This document shows, piece after piece, positions 61,343 to 64,000 of a stretch of DNA of 64,000 bases. The notes beneath the pieces are model-generated. The model was not told where the DNA came from. It saw only the letters and a program-made list of their open reading frames with translations, and searched no databases. This stretch comes from Amoebidium appalachense (taxonomy: Eukaryota; Protista; Ichthyosporea). The DNA lies in NCBI GenBank assembly GCA_963693365.1, contig CAVNZM010000009.1, forward strand, positions 2,358,231-2,422,230. Reading direction: 5' to 3'. The first letter of the stretch is position 1. Every line of letters begins with the position of its first letter. Position numbers and translations under genes: made by a program.

Positions 61343-62813
61343 CAGTGGTATAGTGGGCCGGGCTGTATGCTTAGTTCGTTTTTTTGGTTTGATATTATAG
61401 GAAGACTTCTAGTGTTTGTATATATACATGGAGACTCGCTAGCTTATGTGTGTTGTGGTTTTCTGTTTATTCAACTTTCAAAGACCATACCTACGGGCAC
61501 CAGCAACTCGACACGTAGTATAGGGCTTTTGTAGTGAACCTACAAAAATCACACACAGACACACACGGATTTGCTTGATAGGGGGTTTTTCTTAACCTCA
61601 TCTAGCAAGCATATGCAGAAACTCTGGTGGAATTTTTCGGTTCCCCTCTGTATTATTTAGTTTGTTTTAACCCCCACGAGAATAGCTAACATAGGCGGTG
61701 GGGTAAATACGGTATTCCAGGCTTCACGGACAGAATTCTTCAAGGGTGCCTGGTGCAGCCCGGCAAGTTTTAAAGAAATCTGTACACCGAACCGTCCAAG
61801 CTTGACCCGAAGTCCTTCCCCCCTCCCCCCTCCCCCCCCTTCTCCCCCTCACACTCGTCTCAGGTTGCCTCACCGCGCGCGCACACACACACACACTTTC
61901 ACACATTTTAATTCACACGTACCTGCACTCGCATGTACCGTACACACGCATATGTACGAGTCGCCCAAACTTTCACCAGCGATGCGCACCCGACATACGA
62001 ATGAACATGCAGATACACTTCCCCACGCCACACACACATACGCTCCCCGCCACACAGATACGAACACGAACACTGAGAGGGGAGGTGGGAGGCGGGGGGG
62101 GGGGAGGAGGTCGGGGGGAGGGGGGGAGACCCGGAGGGCGGGAGGGGGGGAAGGGTGGAGTACGTTAGAAAAGGAGACCCCACGACCATATATATTAGCA
62201 GAGGGGGAACCGTTCGTTCGCACATGTACAACTGGCTGCAATATGCAGAAACGGTTTTGCTACTGAAGGCGAAAAAAAAAAAGAGGTGGGAGGTCGAGGA
62301 TCGAACACCAGTCCCCCCAAATGTGTGGGGCAGGGCCGGCCCGTGGGGGTAGGGTGGGGGTCAGAGGGGTTGTCGCCTTGTCGGTCGGGGTATTTGAGCT
62401 GGCTGCCCTCCAGCTTCATAGAGTCCTTTTTTTCTTCCCTGCAGCAATTTTGGGCACTTCTATGATAGCTGCGACTGGTGAGGCAAATGAAGGTGACTAA
62501 AATACAAGCTTGAATGTTGGTTTTTGCATTTGAAAACAACGCAGAATTTCCCTTGATCCTATTTGAACTGTCCTTTTTTTTTTTTTTTGGTTTTTTGCTC
62601 TGGATCTCTTGTATACATCTTTGTATCTCTTATAGGTCTTGGCGAGAAATAGTTTTGTCATAGCGATGGAACCACTAAAATGGCAAAAGGTCGACCTTCC
62701 GGGTGCTGATGTGAAATATGCGCCCGGCTTCATACCTGCCAAGGACAGACGCCGCCTATATAAAGGTTGACCCTCCCTCCCCACCTCCCTCCCTCTCTCT
62801 CTCTCTCTCTCTC

Positions 62814-62848
<35 letters not shown>

Positions 62849-63900
62849 TTCCCCCTCCCCCCCCTCCCCCCCTTCCCCCCAACACACCCACCCACCACCC
62901 ACGGTCCTCCAACCCCACCCGTCACACATTTTTTTTCCAAAGAAAAGTTTGCCCGCCATGCCCCAAGATCCTTGTTTCGAGTCCCTATTCCATATATAGC
63001 ATCACATTGACAGCTGTGTGACATTGTAAACTCTGCACTGCGCATGTTCTTCTTTTTAACGTTTTACAGCCTGTGGCCGTGTCTTATCAACCTTCCTCTT
63101 TGGCGTGACAAGCTCCATACTAATACCGTGCATAAATCCGTTATTCATTCGGAGGGCTTAGGGTGGGGGTGGGTAGATGGGGCGGTAATCCAAAAAAAAA
63201 AAAGGGGGGGGGGGGGGGGGGGGGGAGGGTAAAAGCATAAAGGCTGGAGCAATGCTCAGATTACGTTCACTATTTTTTTTTTTTCTCTTTTTGGTTTATA
63301 CATTTATTTTCGTTCGTCTATTTATTTACTTGTTCGTCTATTCATTATTATTCACTTTGTTTTGGTTATCTATTTATATATTTACGTATTTTTTATTTAT
63401 TTTGCCTTTTTATTCTTTTTCACCCATATCTCAACAGCCTTTCGAGACACGCTGGAATGGAAGGTGCAAAACATCGTTCTGTTTGGCCAAGTGTGCAAAA
63501 TGAACAGAAAGAGCTGTTTCTATGGGTATGCTGGAAAGGTAATATTCCTTTTTCCGATTTTTTTTGTCAAATTTTACTACACTTCATAATGCAATAACAG
63601 ATGTGTGGGTGGTAACATAATGGGAGGAAGGTCTATGTTGGGCTCGATGGTGTTTTACCCCCTCGTACATATTGAAACCTCTAATAAAGTTGTTTGCCTT
63701 GATCCTGCCTTGCCTTTCCTTGATTCTTTCCTAATCTCATCGCCTCCTCCCCCCTCCCCCCTCCCCCCCCCCCTCCGGCCCCCCCCTCCCCCCCCCCAAA
63801 AAAAATGAGGGGAAAAAGGAAAAGCAGGGACAAGCAAATGGAGCAGGAGAGAGAGAAGTGAAAAAATGTCTGAAACGGGCGTGCGCTCATCACTCACACA

Positions 63901-63955
<55 letters not shown>

Positions 63956-63956
<1 letters not shown>

Positions 63957-64000
63957 GTGACATGCCACAGCACTACCGCTACTCTGGGCTGGACAATGAT
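63956..64000 (-). CDS. Probable exon fragment of an unidentified minus-strand gene entering from beyond the window end
   Basis: Open frame IIVQPRVAVVLWHVT ending at an ACG|GTGTGT donor followed by (TG)n, matching the intron style of other genes here. Confidence 0.35.

Overview
Eukaryotic nuclear DNA, probably from a unicellular eukaryote (lineage is inference). Introns are packed with poly-G/poly-C, (CA)n/(TG)n and (GA)n tracts, so most ORF-track entries are low-complexity noise. Genes read from splice-site and protein-motif evidence, in order: 3' part of an FN3-repeat, tail-anchored FNDC3-like gene (+, to 5176); a ~34-exon UPL3/TRIP12/Ufd4-type ARM+HECT E3 ligase (+, 6717-30605); a head-to-head pair of intronless, ~97% identical genes for an unrecognised secreted Cys-rich protein (32063-32620 minus, 33848-34405 plus); a frameshifted Ty1/copia retrotransposon (~36374-42042); a 17-exon METTL3/Ime4 m6A methyltransferase (minus, 45145-58724); and an intronless ABC-F/eEF3-like ATPase with a chromodomain-like insert (+, 59292-61245). 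There are also four MITE-like elements and several minisatellites. The most interesting observations are the inverted secreted-protein cassette whose homology stops exactly at the start and stop codons, complementary simple repeats at opposite intron ends, and a partial METTL3 exon duplicate enriched in synonymous changes. Exon boundaries and counts were read by eye, and several frameshifts look like homopolymer sequencing errors.
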